A stretch of 32,000 nucleotides of DNA, from positions 2,190,001 through 2,222,000 of the forward strand of contig NC_008340.1 of NCBI RefSeq assembly GCF_000014785.1. The letters are read 5' to 3'. The notes beneath the pieces are model-generated. The model searched no databases. It had not been told where the DNA came from and saw nothing but the letters and a program-made list of their open reading frames with translations. Numbering within the stretch: position 1 is the stretch's first letter; each line of letters starts with the position of its first letter. This DNA comes from Alkalilimnicola ehrlichii MLHE-1. GTDB lineage: Bacteria; Pseudomonadota; Gammaproteobacteria; Nitrococcales; Halorhodospiraceae. Positions 30,354-32,000 of the stretch are shown here, in pieces. Both the position numbers and the translations under genes were made by a program.

Positions 30354-32000
30354 TCACCGATGCCGGAGTTCCCAGCAATAATGCACGTGGGGATTACGGG
30401 CGTAATCTGGGGGGATCGTCTCCCGGGTGATCTCCCGGCAGGCGTAGTCGGACGCCACCGCCTCATCCAGGGAAAACCCCCGCCGGTTACAGGAAAAGAC
30501 CAACAACCCATCCGGGGCCAGCAACTGCATGGCCTGGCGGATCAGCCGGGGGTGATCGCGCTGCACGTCGAAGCTCTCGCACATGCGCTTGGAGTTGGAA
30601 AAGGTCGGCGGGTCCATGAAGATCAGGTCGTAACGCCCGGGCCGGCTTTCCGCCTGCCCGGCCAGCCAGGCCAGGCAGTCCGCCCGCTCCAGCCGATGGC
30701 GCGCTCCCGGCTCGATGCCGTTAAGCAGGAGATTATCCCGCGCCCAACCCAGGTAGGTGGCCGACAGGTCCACGGTGATGGTCTCTCTGGCACCGCCTAA
30801 CGCCGCATGCACCGTCGCCGTTCCGGTATAGGCGAACAGATTGAGGAACCGCCGCCCCCTGGCCTGCTCCCCGAGTCGCAGCCGGGTGATGCGATGATCC
30901 AGGAACAGACCGGTATCGAGATAATCGCTCAGGTTGATGTAGAACCGGGCCGGGCCCTCCTGCACCACCCACCGCTCGCCGGTCTGGTCCACCGGGCGGT
31001 ACTGGTCCGCCCCCTTCTGCCGGCGGCGCACCTTAAGGTGAACCCGCTCCGGCCCCACCTCCAGGTGCGCCGCGATCACCTCCAGCGCCTCACGCAGCCG
31101 CCGCCGGGCGCTGCGTGGGTCGACGCTGCGCGGGGCCTGATACTCCTGGACATGGGCATGGCGCCCCGATTCCGTTTCGTAGACATCCACCGCCAGCGCA
31201 TACTCCGGCAGATCACCGTCGTACAACCGGTAGGCCTTAACGCCCTCGCGTCGCAACCAGCGCCGGAGGTGGCGGTGATTCTTCTGCAGCCGGTTGTCCA
31301 GGGCCGTGGCCCCCTGACTCCGCCGGTCCGCGCCCTGCTCACGCAGGGCGAAGACGGCCAGTTGGGTCTCCAGGGCACCGTTATACAAGGCGTGCCGGCG
31401 GGCGATGGAAAGCCCCAGGTAATCGAGCAGCTCCGGCGCACCGCTAAAGACGGCACCCTGCCAGCCACCGAAGGCCCCTCGCAGGCGGGCCCCCAGGCTG
31501 GCGTAGAGGGTGACCAGTGCCTGGCGCTGGCCCAACCGCTCCCCATATGGAGGATTGACCACCACCAGACCCGGCCGCTCCCCGACCGGTTCCGCCGCCT
31601 CCAGCGACCGGCGCTCGAAGTGGACGCGGTCTCGCAGCCCCGCCCGCTCGCGATTGTCCAACGCCGCGCGGATCGCCTGCGGGTCCTGATCGTAGCCCAC
31701 CAGCGCCAGCCGTCGCCGGCCCCCGGCGGCGGCGCGCTCCTCGGCCTCGTCGCGCAGACGCTTCCAGTAGACCGGGACGTGCCCTGCCCAGCGGCTGAAG
31801 CCCCAGCGCTCGCGCCCCAGCCCCGGAGCACGGTCCAGCGCCATCAGGGCCCCCTCCAGCACCAGCGTCCCGGAGCCACACATGGGGTCGAGCAGACCAC
31901 CGCCGTCCTCGGCAATGCGCGGCCACCCCGCCAGCCAGAGGAGTCCGGCGGCCAGGTTCTCTTTCAGGGGGGCACGGCCCCCGCCCTGGCGGTAACCACG
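30354..32000 (-). CDS. rlmL: Bifunctional 23S rRNA (guanine) methyltransferase RlmKL, partial (5' end beyond window)
   Basis: Frame is open to 32000 ([54 protein letters not shown]); [67 protein letters not shown]. Confidence 0.95.

Noticed and set aside
29764-30800. Several ORFs with repeated peptides (for example RSEATRRSTPRHGLPRPCGAPSDGGGSPRHREER)
   Set aside because: Translations of the palindromic DNA repeat array; the peptide repeat follows the DNA repeat, and there is no independent evidence of coding.

Overview
This 32 kb high-GC window looks like a proteobacterial (probably gammaproteobacterial, possibly halophilic) chromosome segment and is mostly housekeeping.

Left to right:
- A minus-strand molybdenum block: modE-like regulator, YqeB/EF2563-like molybdenum hydroxylase accessory protein, and modA running off the left edge. 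A perfect ModE-box-like palindrome lies upstream of yqeB-modA.
- A small basic ORF, dgt, a GAF-PAS-GGDEF-EAL protein, an EF-hand-like conserved protein, a DUF2237 protein, a DGC-type zinc-binding protein, NnrS and a GST.
- An SLC13/DASS transporter 1 nt downstream of an MCP whose periplasmic region carries a CxxCH heme motif.
- ffh divergent from a ypjD/CcsA-like gene, a thioredoxin-fold protein, and a TRAP transporter with dctP divergent from dctQM.
- The canonical metY-rimP-nusA-infB-rbfA-truB-rpsO-pnp block on the minus strand.
- A tandem array of about 93-94 bp units, each containing an imperfect palindrome, and the 3' part of rlmL/rlmKL.

I found no CRISPR array, transposase, prophage, toxin-antitoxin module or convincing undescribed defence or biosynthetic system. 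The most useful leads are the ModE-type operator, the putative c-heme chemoreceptor coupled to a transporter gene, and the palindromic repeat array next to metY. All identifications come from reading motifs and recalling families; no database search was run.
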